Assembly: GCA_030765785.1 (NCBI GenBank) | Contig: JAVCCC010000032.1 | Location: 5,787 to 69,786 of the forward strand | Length of the DNA: 64,000 nucleotides | Direction: 5' to 3' | Source: Candidatus Aceula lacicola | GTDB lineage: Bacteria; Omnitrophota; Gorgyraeia; Zapsychrales; Aceulaceae | Shown: positions 16,143 through 25,802 of the stretch, one piece after another | Numbering within the stretch: position 1 is the stretch's first letter | Layout of the letters: every line of letters begins with the position of its first letter | The notes under the pieces: generated by a model | Databases searched by the model: none | Told to the model about the DNA's origin: nothing | The model's input: only the letters and a program-made list of their open reading frames with translations | Position numbers and translations under genes: made by a program

Positions 16143-18063
16143 GATTTTTGCTGCGTTTGTGCGTTGGCTTCCTGTGTCAGTTGCGCTTTGGTTGGGGCGT
16201 GTGATTGGGACGATAGGGTATCTTATAGATCATCGACATAAATCGCTTGCATATGCAAATTTAAAGATTGCATTTTCTTGTCAAAAAAAGACAAGCGAAA
16301 TTAAAGGTATTTTAAAGAAGGTTTTTCAGAATTATGCGCAGAATTTTATTGAACTTTTGCGTCTTCCAAAGATTGACCCACATCAATATATTACGCTTGA
16401 GGGAAAAGAACATGTTGATGAAGCTTTGAAAAAGAACAAAGGACTTATCTTGCTTGCAATGCATTTTGGCAGTTGGGAGCTTTGTAACTTTATGAGCAAG
16501 CTTTTAGGTCATCCATATCGAGTTGTTGTCAATCCTCAAAAACGACATCAAAGGCTTAATGATTTGCTTAATTCTTATCGTCAGAAGGCAGGGGCAAGCC
16601 TTGTTGAGCCAGGTTCGGGAACGCGTGATTTTGTAAAAGCTTTGCGTAATAATGAAATTGTTGGAATGGTTGTTGACCAAGGAGGAAAAACAGGAAGTCT
16701 TACTAAATTCTTTGGAAGGGAATCTTCGATGTCTTTAGGCGCGATTAAAATGGCGTTAAAGCTAGGAGTCCCTGTTTGTTTTTGTACGATTGTCCGTGAT
16801 CCTAAGGCTGCGCATCATAAGCTTAAAGTTTTTTCGCCGTCTCAGTTTGAGATAAGCGGTAATAGAGATCAAGATATCGCTGATAGTTTAAATAAAGTTG
16901 TTACTCAGATGGAAAAAGTTATTGTTAAATATCCTTCTGAGTATATGTGGTTTTATAAAATTTGGAAGTATTCAAAAGAATCCACCATTGTTGTCTTGAG
17001 CGATCAAAAATTTGGACATTTAAATCAGTCAAGGGCATTTTCTGAGAAAATTAAAAAGGCATTAGCGGAGCGATCTATTCGATGCCATATCGAGGTCATC
17101 GATGTTGAGTTTAAAGATGAAGCAAAAAAAACAATGTTTGCAGCACTTAGCTTTGCTATTCATGAAAAGACCTCACAAGGACGTCTTCGATATTTAAAAT
17201 GGTTCTTAAAGCGTAAATCGTTTTTAGAGGTAATGAGCGTTAAAGGGGATTTTGTTGTATCATGCGGTTCGTCTATTGCAGGTGTTAATTATTTTCTATC
17301 TCAGGATTATCGTGCTAAAAGCATTGTTCTTCAGAAGCCAGGAATTTTAAGTTTTAAACGGTTTGATCTTATTCTTTTGCCAAAACATGATAAGAAAAGT
17401 TCTCAGCAGTATGGAGAAAATGTTGTCTTTACGAATTTGACGCCGAACCTTATTGATCAAGAGTATTTGCAAAGCCAAGCAAGCAGGTTGATGGCAAAGT
17501 TTCCAGACCTTCATCATCGCAAAAGTCCAACCATTGGCCTAATGATTGGTGGAGAATCAAAAAATTATTTTATATCAAATATTCAGGTTGAAAGTATTGT
17601 TGAGCAGGTCAAAGAGGTGGTTGAACAACGGCAAGGTCGAATTTTAGCAACAACTTCAAGGCGAACTCAAAAAGATGTTGAGATTGTCGTTAAAGCAGGA
17701 TTGTCTGATTTTAATCAATGTCCGTTTTTGGTTATCGCGACTGAAAATAATGTGCCAGAAGCGGTTGGTGGTATTTTAGGAATTTCTGACATTGTTATTA
17801 TTTCCTCAGACAGCATCTCTATGATTTCAGAAGCTGTTAGCTCTGGAAAAACTGTTATTGTATTTGATGCAGAAAAGAGAAAAGTTAATTACAGAGGAAA
17901 GCATGAAGTTTTTGCTGAGAATTTGTTTAAACAAGAACATATTTTGAGAGCGAAAACATATGAAGTTGGATTGGTTTTAAATAACGTCATTGAAAATAAT
18001 ATTAAAACTAAGCCTATTTGCGATCAACAAGTTTTGTTTGAGGCTGCACGCCAAATTATATGA
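16108..18063 (+). CDS. Lipid A late acyltransferase (LpxL/HtrB-like) fused to an ELM1/GtrOC1-family glycosyltransferase-like domain
   Basis: N-half: HFGSWEL, VDQ, FFG, YMWFYKIWK. C-half: SDQKFGHLNQS, FDLILLPKHD, LMIGG, TTSRRT, SSDSISMISEAVSSGK. Confidence 0.8.
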   Translation: MKSEFSIFWIVKIFAAFVRWLPVSVALWLGRVIGTIGYLIDHRHKSLAYANLKIAFSCQKKTSEIKGILKKVFQNYAQNFIELLRLPKIDPHQYITLEGKEHVDEALKKNKGLILLAMHFGSWELCNFMSKLLGHPYRVVVNPQKRHQRLNDLLNSYRQKAGASLVEPGSGTRDFVKALRNNEIVGMVVDQGGKTGSLTKFFGRESSMSLGAIKMALKLGVPVCFCTIVRDPKAAHHKLKVFSPSQFEISGNRDQDIADSLNKVVTQMEKVIVKYPSEYMWFYKIWKYSKESTIVVLSDQKFGHLNQSRAFSEKIKKALAERSIRCHIEVIDVEFKDEAKKTMFAALSFAIHEKTSQGRLRYLKWFLKRKSFLEVMSVKGDFVVSCGSSIAGVNYFLSQDYRAKSIVLQKPGILSFKRFDLILLPKHDKKSSQQYGENVVFTNLTPNLIDQEYLQSQASRLMAKFPDLHHRKSPTIGLMIGGESKNYFISNIQVESIVEQVKEVVEQRQGRILATTSRRTQKDVEIVVKAGLSDFNQCPFLVIATENNVPEAVGGILGISDIVIISSDSISMISEAVSSGKTVIVFDAEKRKVNYRGKHEVFAENLFKQEHILRAKTYEVGLVLNNVIENNIKTKPICDQQVLFEAARQII

Positions 18064-20165
18064 GAATACTTCAAATTCTTCCAGAATTGCATGTCGGCGG
18101 TGTTGAAACAGGAACTGTTGACTTGTCTCGTTATTTAGTTGAACATGGACATCAGTCTTTTGTTGTGTCTAATGGAGGCGATCTTGTTTCAGATTTAGAA
18201 AAAACAGGGGGAAAACATTTTAAGCTTCCTGTGCATAAGAAAAATCTTTGGACTGCAATTTATTCAATTAAAAAGCTTAAAGAAATTTTTGTTGAAGAAA
18301 AAATTGATTTGGTTCATGTGCGTTCGCGCGTTCCGGGATGGATTGCATATTGGGCGTGTCGGAAAACAGGAACGCCTTTTTTAACAACATGCCATGGACA
18401 CTATTCAAAGCATTTGTTTAGTCGTGTGATGGGGTGGAGTAAGTTTGTTATTGTTCCAAGTCAAGTCATTGGGCAGCACATGATTCAAGATTTTGGTGTT
18501 TCTTCAGAAAGTATTCGCTGTATCCCCAGGAGCGTGGACCTTCGTAAGTTTAATATTCCCCATAAGAGCATTTCTGGAGGATCAGAATACGTTGTTTCAA
18601 TTGTGGGCCGTATTACCCCGCTAAAGGGGCATGAATATTTTTTAAAATCTATGGCGCGTGTTGTTCGGCACTTTCCGTATATTAAGATTTGGATCATCGG
18701 CGATGCTCCAGCAAAGAAGCAGTCGTACAAAGAAGGACTTGTTGCGTTAACTAGACGTCTTGGACTTTCGGATCATGTTGAATTTTTAGGGAATCGTCGA
18801 GACATTCCAGAGCTTTTATCAAAAACAGATGTTTTGGTTCTTTCGACAGTGACACAAGAATCGTTTGGTCGCGTGATTGTCGAGGCCCAAGCGGCAGGCG
18901 TCCCTGTTGTTGCGACAAAAGTAGGAGGCGTTGTTGAAATTATTGATCATGAAAAAACAGGACTTTTAGTTTTACCAAGGCATCCAGAAGAAATGGCTGA
19001 TGCCGTTGTCCGATTGTTGGAAAATAAGGAGCTATCTGCGCAATTTGTTGCTAATGCAAAACAAAAAATATTATCGAATTATACGCTTGAACATATGGCG
19101 AGCCAAACGCTTGAAGTTTATGATGAGCTTTTAAAGAAAATTAACATTCTTGTTATAAAGATTAGTGCAATTGGTGATGTTATTCTTGCGACACCTTCTT
19201 TGCGTGCATTGAGAGAAAAATACCCTTTTGCTAAAATATATTGTCTTGTCGGAAGACAGGCTCGAGAGATTTTGCAGCGATGTCCATATATTGATGAGTT
19301 GATTGTTTATGATACAAAAGATAAGAATAGAGGGTGGTGGGGTATTTGGAAGCTCGCGAGGAAATTGAGAAAATATAAGTTAGACAAAACGATTGATTTT
19401 CAAAATAATCGAAAAAGTCACTTATTAGCATTTTTAAGTTTTTGTCCGCAGCGATATGGGTACAAGAATAAGAAGTGGGGGCATCTTTTGTCGAACGGCA
19501 TTTTAGACGACGATGGTCCGATGCCAGCCGTTGCGCATCAGTTTCGTATCCTAAGAGAGATTGGCATTTCTCCTCAGAATCAATTTCTGGAATTGTGGCC
19601 ATCCAAAGAGGATCAAAGAGAGGTTAAGGAACTTTTGCAGGGACAATGGGTCAATGAAGATGCCCAGCTTGTTGGGATTCATTTGGCTGCATCAGAGCGT
19701 TGGGCAACAAAATCTTGGGGCCTTGAATATATTGCACAACTTTGCGATATGCTGGCCGCGCAAAATATTCGAACTGTCATTACTGGATCAGAAAAAGATA
19801 TTCCTTTGATGCAGAGACTTTCGAAAATTACAAAGGCAAAACCAGTTGATTGCGTTGGCAAAACAAGTGTTCTGCAGCTCGCTGCACTTATCAAGCGTTG
19901 TTGTGTTTACATTGCGCCTGATTCAGCACCGCTTCACATTGCAGCAGCCGTACGAACACCGTTTATTGCATTGTTTGGTCCAACGGATCCAGCGCGCCAT
20001 ATGCCACCTGCAAAAGAGTTTAGAATGCTTTTTCAACGCGTTGAATGCGCTCCATGCTATCAGGGTCAGTGTCCAATCCACACTCATGTATGTATGGAGA
20101 AAATAACACCAGATCAGGTTTTAGAAGAAGTCGAACAGTTGATGCAAATACGAGCAAGATTATGA
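18060..20165 (+). CDS. Bifunctional GT4 glycosyltransferase / GT9 heptosyltransferase fusion
   Basis: N-half: GGVETG..ESFGRVIVEAQAAG (GT4). C-half: KISAIGDVILATP..DSAPLHIAAA..LFGPT (GT9). Confidence 0.88.
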   Translation: MRILQILPELHVGGVETGTVDLSRYLVEHGHQSFVVSNGGDLVSDLEKTGGKHFKLPVHKKNLWTAIYSIKKLKEIFVEEKIDLVHVRSRVPGWIAYWACRKTGTPFLTTCHGHYSKHLFSRVMGWSKFVIVPSQVIGQHMIQDFGVSSESIRCIPRSVDLRKFNIPHKSISGGSEYVVSIVGRITPLKGHEYFLKSMARVVRHFPYIKIWIIGDAPAKKQSYKEGLVALTRRLGLSDHVEFLGNRRDIPELLSKTDVLVLSTVTQESFGRVIVEAQAAGVPVVATKVGGVVEIIDHEKTGLLVLPRHPEEMADAVVRLLENKELSAQFVANAKQKILSNYTLEHMASQTLEVYDELLKKINILVIKISAIGDVILATPSLRALREKYPFAKIYCLVGRQAREILQRCPYIDELIVYDTKDKNRGWWGIWKLARKLRKYKLDKTIDFQNNRKSHLLAFLSFCPQRYGYKNKKWGHLLSNGILDDDGPMPAVAHQFRILREIGISPQNQFLELWPSKEDQREVKELLQGQWVNEDAQLVGIHLAASERWATKSWGLEYIAQLCDMLAAQNIRTVITGSEKDIPLMQRLSKITKAKPVDCVGKTSVLQLAALIKRCCVYIAPDSAPLHIAAAVRTPFIALFGPTDPARHMPPAKEFRMLFQRVECAPCYQGQCPIHTHVCMEKITPDQVLEEVEQLMQIRARL

Positions 20166-21256
20166 ACATTTTAATTCTAACAACACATTTTAATACTGGC
20201 GGCATCACAAGCTATATTTTAACTCTAGCAAAGGGTCTGACGAGAAATGATCATAAGATTTTTGTTATATCGAGTGGTGGAAATATGGTTGGTGATCTTG
20301 AACGGGCAGGTGTTAAGCATACATACTTTGATATTCGCACGAAATCAGAGGTAAGTCCAAAACTTTATCGAGCGCTGCCTAAGTTGATGCGGTTTGTTAA
20401 AGAAAATAATATTAATGTTATTCACTCGCAAACAAGAATTACGCAAATATTAGCTACAATTTTAACTAAAATAACCCAGGCTAAGCACGTATCAACATGT
20501 CATGGATTTTTTAAAACACGTTTATTTAGACGAATTTTTCCATGCTGGGGAGATGCGACAATTGCAATCAGCCGTCAGGTTGAAGATCATTTGATTCATG
20601 ATTTTCATGTTTCGTCTGATAAGGTTTTTTGGGTTATTCATGGTATTTCATGTGATTTAAAACCTTTGAATCAAAAAGATCTTTTGGAAAGACGACAAGA
20701 GTTCGGAATTGCACATGGTCCTTTGGTAGGAATTATCGCTCGGCTATCAGGTGTAAAGGGTCATGATATTCTGATTAATGCTATGCGTAAAGTTGTTGAT
20801 GAAAAAAAGGATGCACGGCTTCTTGTTGTTGGTCGAGGAAAAACAGAAGAGCCTTTAAAGGCCATGACCGAGAATTTAGGCCTAGAGAATAATATTGTTT
20901 TTTTGCCTGTTGTTAATCAGGTAGATGCTATTTTGCCCATTTTAGATATTTTTGTCATGCCGTCTCGACAAGAAGGTCTAGGTTTGTCTGTCATGGAGGC
21001 GCAGGCGCAAGGTTTGCCTGTTGTTGCTTCAAAAGTTGGAGGAATTCCGAGTCTTATTGAAGATGGTACTACAGGAATTCTTGTGCCACCAGAAAACGTA
21101 GATGCGTTAGCTGAGGCTTTGATGTATTTAATTGAAAATCCAGATCAAGCAAAGCAGATTGGCCAGAGAGCTAAGATTTTTGCTAAAGAAAATTTTTCTG
21201 TTGGACGCATGATTGATCAAACGTATGCTGTTTTTAAAAAGGTTTGTGGAAAATAA
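20162..21256 (+). CDS. GT4 family glycosyltransferase
   Basis: MNILILTTHFNTGGIT, EGLGLSVMEAQAQGLPVVAS. The ATG at 20162 overlaps the upstream stop. Confidence 0.88.
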   Translation: MNILILTTHFNTGGITSYILTLAKGLTRNDHKIFVISSGGNMVGDLERAGVKHTYFDIRTKSEVSPKLYRALPKLMRFVKENNINVIHSQTRITQILATILTKITQAKHVSTCHGFFKTRLFRRIFPCWGDATIAISRQVEDHLIHDFHVSSDKVFWVIHGISCDLKPLNQKDLLERRQEFGIAHGPLVGIIARLSGVKGHDILINAMRKVVDEKKDARLLVVGRGKTEEPLKAMTENLGLENNIVFLPVVNQVDAILPILDIFVMPSRQEGLGLSVMEAQAQGLPVVASKVGGIPSLIEDGTTGILVPPENVDALAEALMYLIENPDQAKQIGQRAKIFAKENFSVGRMIDQTYAVFKKVCGK

Positions 21257-22270
21257 ATGAAAAATATTCTTGTTGTTAATGTTAACTGGCTAGGTGATGT
21301 TATTTTTTCATCACCAGCATTTAAAGCGCTTAAAGAAAAATATCCGGATAGTCGTATCACATGTTTGGGTGTGCCGAGAGTTGTCGAGGTCTTAAGTCAT
21401 ATCGAGGGAGTCGATGATATTTTTTGTTATGAAGAAAAAGGATGTCATGCGAGTCCGTTGGGAAAGCTGAAATTGATCGGACAACTTCGGAAAAAACGCT
21501 TTGATATCGTTTTTTTGTTTCACGGGTCATTAACGCGTTCCTTATTGGTTTTTATGGCAGGAATTTCAATTCGTGTTGGCTACAACACTAAGAAGAGAGG
21601 TGTCTTCTTAACGCATAAAGTCGAGCCATTAAGCGGCATTGTTCATCGAAGTGATTTTTATTTAAACGTTATTGAGTCTTTTGGAGTTGCGGTTAGCGAT
21701 AGAGAATACCATTTGATGGTTTCTGGTGAGGACGTTAAATTTTCTGAGAAAATTTTTCATGATAATAAAATAGAAGACAATGATTTTGTAATTATTTTAA
21801 ATACGGGTGGCAATTGGGATTTGAAACAATGGCCTGAAAAGAAGTTTTCTTTGCTTATTAATAAAATAGTTAAAGAATCTCAGGCTAAAGTAGTTATAGT
21901 CGGTGCGCTAAAAGATGCTGAGCGTGTTAAAAGAATTATTGCTGACACAGGGGTGGATGTTGTTAATTGTGTTGGGCAAACAAGCTTTTCGCAGCTTATG
22001 GGAATTATGCAGAAAGCAAGTGTGGTCATTTCAGCGGATTCAGGGCCTTTACATGTGGCAAGCAGCATTGGAACGAATACAATTGGGCTATTCGGGCCAA
22101 CGAGTCCGAAAATTACGGGCCAACGTGGGTTGGCAAGAAATCAGATTGTTTTTAATGATGTTGGGTGCAACAAAAAACCATGTTACAACCTAGCTTGCCA
22201 AGATAATGTTTGTATGAAATCAATTACAGTGAGAGATGTTATTGAAAAGATTAGAGAAATACGAAATTAA
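21257..22270 (+). CDS. waaF: LPS heptosyltransferase (GT9, WaaF-like)
   Basis: NWLGDVIFSSP, KQWP, DSGPLHVAS, GLFGPT. Confidence 0.8.
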   Translation: MKNILVVNVNWLGDVIFSSPAFKALKEKYPDSRITCLGVPRVVEVLSHIEGVDDIFCYEEKGCHASPLGKLKLIGQLRKKRFDIVFLFHGSLTRSLLVFMAGISIRVGYNTKKRGVFLTHKVEPLSGIVHRSDFYLNVIESFGVAVSDREYHLMVSGEDVKFSEKIFHDNKIEDNDFVIILNTGGNWDLKQWPEKKFSLLINKIVKESQAKVVIVGALKDAERVKRIIADTGVDVVNCVGQTSFSQLMGIMQKASVVISADSGPLHVASSIGTNTIGLFGPTSPKITGQRGLARNQIVFNDVGCNKKPCYNLACQDNVCMKSITVRDVIEKIREIRN

Positions 22271-23189
22271 AAAGATCCTGGTCATTAGCTTAAGTAATAT
22301 CGGAGATGTTATTTTAACCTGTCCGGTTATTGATGCGCTTTTGCATCGGTTTCCGCTTTCTGAAGTTTCGGTTGTCGTTGGGCCTAAAGTCAAAGGCCTT
22401 TTTGATGGAAATCCGCACATTAAAGATGTTTATGTATTTGATAAGCATCAGCCGTTTTACAAGATGGCGAGCTGGGCCTTTTGCTTAAGAAAGAATCGTT
22501 TTGACATGGTCATTGACTTAAGGAATACAGCATTGTCTCTTATTTTAGCTCCGAGGTATTCCACGCCGCTTAGGGCGCATAAGGCGTTAGGGCACATGAA
22601 AGATAAGCATTTGAGTCGGCTTTATAGCGTTGTTAAGGACGCCGTACCGTGCAAAAACCATCATGCGATTTTTGTTGATTGCAATACTCAGGTAAAGGCA
22701 GATGAAATTATAAAAAATCAAATTGGTCGAGATTTAACCTATTGTATTATTGGCGCTGGAGCAGCTGATCAAAAAAAGCAGTGGACGCAAAAAGGTTTTG
22801 TTGAAATCTGCGATTGGCTTTTTGAGAAATATGGATTAAAGAGTGTTTTTGTTGGTGATCAAAGCGATTTCTTTCGTGCTGAAAATATTATAAAAGAAAC
22901 GAAGACCGGAGGTGTTAATCTTTGCGGACTTGCCAGTCTTTTAGAATCTTCTTGGATTTTAAAACATAGTCGTTTTGTTCTTTCGAATGATAGTGCGGTT
23001 ATGCATATGGCAAGTTATTTCGATATTCCTACTGTTGGGCTTTTTGGCCCAACAGATGCAAGAAAATATGGTCCGTGGGGCGAAAATGCAGCTGTTGTTC
23101 AGAGTCCGTGCACGGTAGAGAATCAACAGATGGTTATGGCAGAAATTCTTCCGAAGAAGGTTAGAGAGGCAATTGAGAAGTTGTTATGA
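22236..23189 (+). CDS. GT9 family glycosyltransferase
   Basis: SNIGDVILTCP, NDSAVMHMAS, GLFGPT; start uncertain. Confidence 0.85.
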   Translation: MLLKRLEKYEIKKILVISLSNIGDVILTCPVIDALLHRFPLSEVSVVVGPKVKGLFDGNPHIKDVYVFDKHQPFYKMASWAFCLRKNRFDMVIDLRNTALSLILAPRYSTPLRAHKALGHMKDKHLSRLYSVVKDAVPCKNHHAIFVDCNTQVKADEIIKNQIGRDLTYCIIGAGAADQKKQWTQKGFVEICDWLFEKYGLKSVFVGDQSDFFRAENIIKETKTGGVNLCGLASLLESSWILKHSRFVLSNDSAVMHMASYFDIPTVGLFGPTDARKYGPWGENAAVVQSPCTVENQQMVMAEILPKKVREAIEKLL

Positions 23190-24235
23190 CAAAAAAACAA
23201 TATTATAAAAATATTTTAATTGTTCGCACAGATCGCATCGGAGATGTGGTTTTAACAACGCCAGCGATACAGGCTTTAAGAGAGACTTTTCCAAGTGCAA
23301 AGATTTCGATTCTCGTTACACCTCAAACAAAGTCGATTGTTGAAGGGAATCCATATTTAGATGAAGTTATTGTTTATGATGCAAAAAGTAAAGATAAAGG
23401 ATTTTTTGGTTTTTGGTATTTTGTTTTTAAGTTGATGAAAAAACATTTTGATTTGGCGATTAATTATCATCTTAAGAATCGAACAAATGCCTTGATTTTT
23501 CATGCTTGTATTCCATGCCGGGTTGGTTTTGAGAACAAAAAAATGGGATTTTATCTAAACCGAACAATTTCCGATTCAAGAATTGAGGGCATAAAACATG
23601 AATCTGAATATTGTCTTGATCTTTTAAAAGATTTAGGGATTGACACAGCTAAGAGATATCTGCTATGCGTTTCTGTTCAGCAAGACTCTGAACAATGGAC
23701 AAAACAATTATTCCAAGAGCATAATATTTCATTAGAAGATAGAGTTGTTGCCGTTCATCCAGGCGCAAGTTGTATTTCAAAAAGATGGCCTCCAAAACGT
23801 TTTTCAGAAGTTATTGAGCAAATTTCGTTAAAATATAAAGCAAAAATAATTTTAATTGGATCTGGGGATAATCGACTCATTGCGCGAGAGGTTCTTATTG
23901 GAACACGGGCGCCTGTGATTGATTTAACTGGAAAAACATCAGTGAGTCATTTGATTAGTCTTTTGAAAAGATGTTGTCTTTTGATTTCAAATGATTCTGG
24001 ACCAGTACATTTGGCGGCAGGCGTTGGGACGCCAGTCGTTTCTATTTTTGGTCGTAACCAGCCTGGGTTATCTGTTATGCGTTGGCGACCGCTAGGTCAT
24101 AAAGATATTTCACTTCATAGAAGTGTAGGTTGCAAGCAATGTTTGGCGCATAATTGCCAAATAGGATTTCGATGCTTAGATGCTATTAAAGCTGAAGATG
24201 TTGTTGATGCAGCTGATCGGATTTTAAATTCTTAA
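23186..24235 (+). CDS. GT9 family glycosyltransferase
   Basis: DRIGDVVLTTP, HPGAS..KRWP, NDSGPVHLAA. Confidence 0.88.
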   Translation: MTKKQYYKNILIVRTDRIGDVVLTTPAIQALRETFPSAKISILVTPQTKSIVEGNPYLDEVIVYDAKSKDKGFFGFWYFVFKLMKKHFDLAINYHLKNRTNALIFHACIPCRVGFENKKMGFYLNRTISDSRIEGIKHESEYCLDLLKDLGIDTAKRYLLCVSVQQDSEQWTKQLFQEHNISLEDRVVAVHPGASCISKRWPPKRFSEVIEQISLKYKAKIILIGSGDNRLIAREVLIGTRAPVIDLTGKTSVSHLISLLKRCCLLISNDSGPVHLAAGVGTPVVSIFGRNQPGLSVMRWRPLGHKDISLHRSVGCKQCLAHNCQIGFRCLDAIKAEDVVDAADRILNS

Positions 24236-24282
24236 TTTAAGAAATAAGAGAAAATATTAATCTTGGAAAAAAAGGAAATATT

Positions 24283-24639
24283 ATGAATGAGCAAATAAAC
24301 AAGCGTGAATTTATTCGTATTCCAGATTCTTCAGAAATTGCTTATGAGAGCGTGTCATCTGGAAAAAAGAAAAAGACAGAAACAAAGAATATTAGTGAGC
24401 AGGGTATTTGTTTCTTTAGTGAGGAAAAGTTTGATTTAGGTTCTATTGTTGAGGTTTCTCTAGCACTTGAGCGTTTAGAATTTTCCTTTACATCAAAGGC
24501 GGTGGTGCGATGGGTTAAGGAAATTGTAAGAAATCATCGCTATGAAATTGGAGTTAAATTTATTGATATTTTAGAAATTGAAGCAAGAAAGCTTATTAAC
24601 TACATTAATTCGGCTAAGCGTCTTGATAAATATGTATAG
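24283..24639 (+). CDS. Stand-alone PilZ-domain protein
   Basis: RxxxR (REFIR), N-x-S-x-x-G (NISEQG), and VVRW..YEIGVKF. Confidence 0.85.
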   Translation: MNEQINKREFIRIPDSSEIAYESVSSGKKKKTETKNISEQGICFFSEEKFDLGSIVEVSLALERLEFSFTSKAVVRWVKEIVRNHRYEIGVKFIDILEIEARKLINYINSAKRLDKYV

Positions 24640-24829
24640 AAGAGCAAAGGTAATATCGAAAATTTCTATTTTCGGGATAAATTTGTCCGGCAAGCTTACG
24701 TTCGCAAAAAGCTCTGTAAGTTTAGGGCTTATTTAAAGGAGTTTTTTATATTTTTTGGCGATGTTTTTTATGGGCTTGCCATTGTGTCGCTTTTAGTAAA
24801 AAGAAATTAAGAAATTTATGGGGTGAGAT

Positions 24830-25783
24830 ATGAGTCAAGAAAAAGTTCTTATTGTTGAAGATGAAAAGGAGTTGAGAGTCTTGATTGCTCAGTCGATTGA
24901 GAAGCTTGATTACCAGGTGTATCAAGCAGGTGATGGTGAAGAGGCTCTTAAGGTTGCAGAGCAAGTTCTGCCAGATCTCATCATCACGGATGTTGTCATT
25001 CCAAAGAAAGATGGAAATCAGCTTCTTAAGGATATTCAAAAAACAGCGTTTGGTAAAAATATTCCTTTTATTATTATGACAGCAAGAGCTGGAATGCGGG
25101 ATTATTTTGAAGTTTTAGAGGGGGTTTGTGGGTTTTTGGAGAAACCGTTTAAAATGAAAGAATTAGTCTTAATGATAGAGGAAATTTTTACCGGGAATTC
25201 AAAGCGGGGTGGCGCGAGGTTCAAGAATAAAAAGAATATTAAGACTAAAATTGATAAAGAAAAGATTGCGATTAAAGACGAGGCTATTGTTAAAAGTGAG
25301 ATTCTTAAACACGAAGAAAATGTTAGTCATGATGATCATTCGTTATCTTTAGGAGAAAAGAAGGAAGGCGTTAAGGAAAATAAAAAGGAAGAGTGTTTTT
25401 CTGAGGATTTTTTTATTGGTAAAAGAAAAATTCTTGTTCTTGAGAATGAGAAAAATGTTTTTCAGTATTTTAAAGCATTTTTTCCAGAAGATGCGTATGC
25501 TATAGAGCTTGTAACTTCGTCAGATCATATCGCTGGTCGCGCAAAAGAATTTATGCCTGATTTGATCATTCTGAAACATATTGTTGGTCAGGCAAATAGT
25601 GAAATCGTTGCAAATTATTTAAGAGAAACTTTTGCTCTTCAATGGACACCGATTATTATTTACGATAGAATTATTGATCGCGTTTCTGGCGATCAGAGCA
25701 TGCCAGCGCATTCCAAAGAATTTAGTCTAAACTCGGAAGGCAAAGAATTAATCAAAAGAATTAAAGAATTGCTTGGCGTATAG
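24830..25783 (+). CDS. Response regulator: receiver domain + degenerate second receiver
   Basis: IVEDE, DLIITD, TA and KPF in the N-terminal REC; the C-terminal ILVLENE..PDLIILK lacks the phospho-acceptor Asp. Confidence 0.8.
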   Translation: MSQEKVLIVEDEKELRVLIAQSIEKLDYQVYQAGDGEEALKVAEQVLPDLIITDVVIPKKDGNQLLKDIQKTAFGKNIPFIIMTARAGMRDYFEVLEGVCGFLEKPFKMKELVLMIEEIFTGNSKRGGARFKNKKNIKTKIDKEKIAIKDEAIVKSEILKHEENVSHDDHSLSLGEKKEGVKENKKEECFSEDFFIGKRKILVLENEKNVFQYFKAFFPEDAYAIELVTSSDHIAGRAKEFMPDLIILKHIVGQANSEIVANYLRETFALQWTPIIIYDRIIDRVSGDQSMPAHSKEFSLNSEGKELIKRIKELLGV

Positions 25784-25802
25784 CTTTTTAATCGATAGGA
25801 GA

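Noticed and set aside
24640-24829. Possible c-di-GMP riboswitch or sigma54 promoter between the PilZ and regulator genes
   Set aside because: Only a 7-bp GGCAAGC/GCTTGCC complement is present; the GEMM consensus and the -24/-12 spacing are not met. An Infernal/Rfam scan would settle it.
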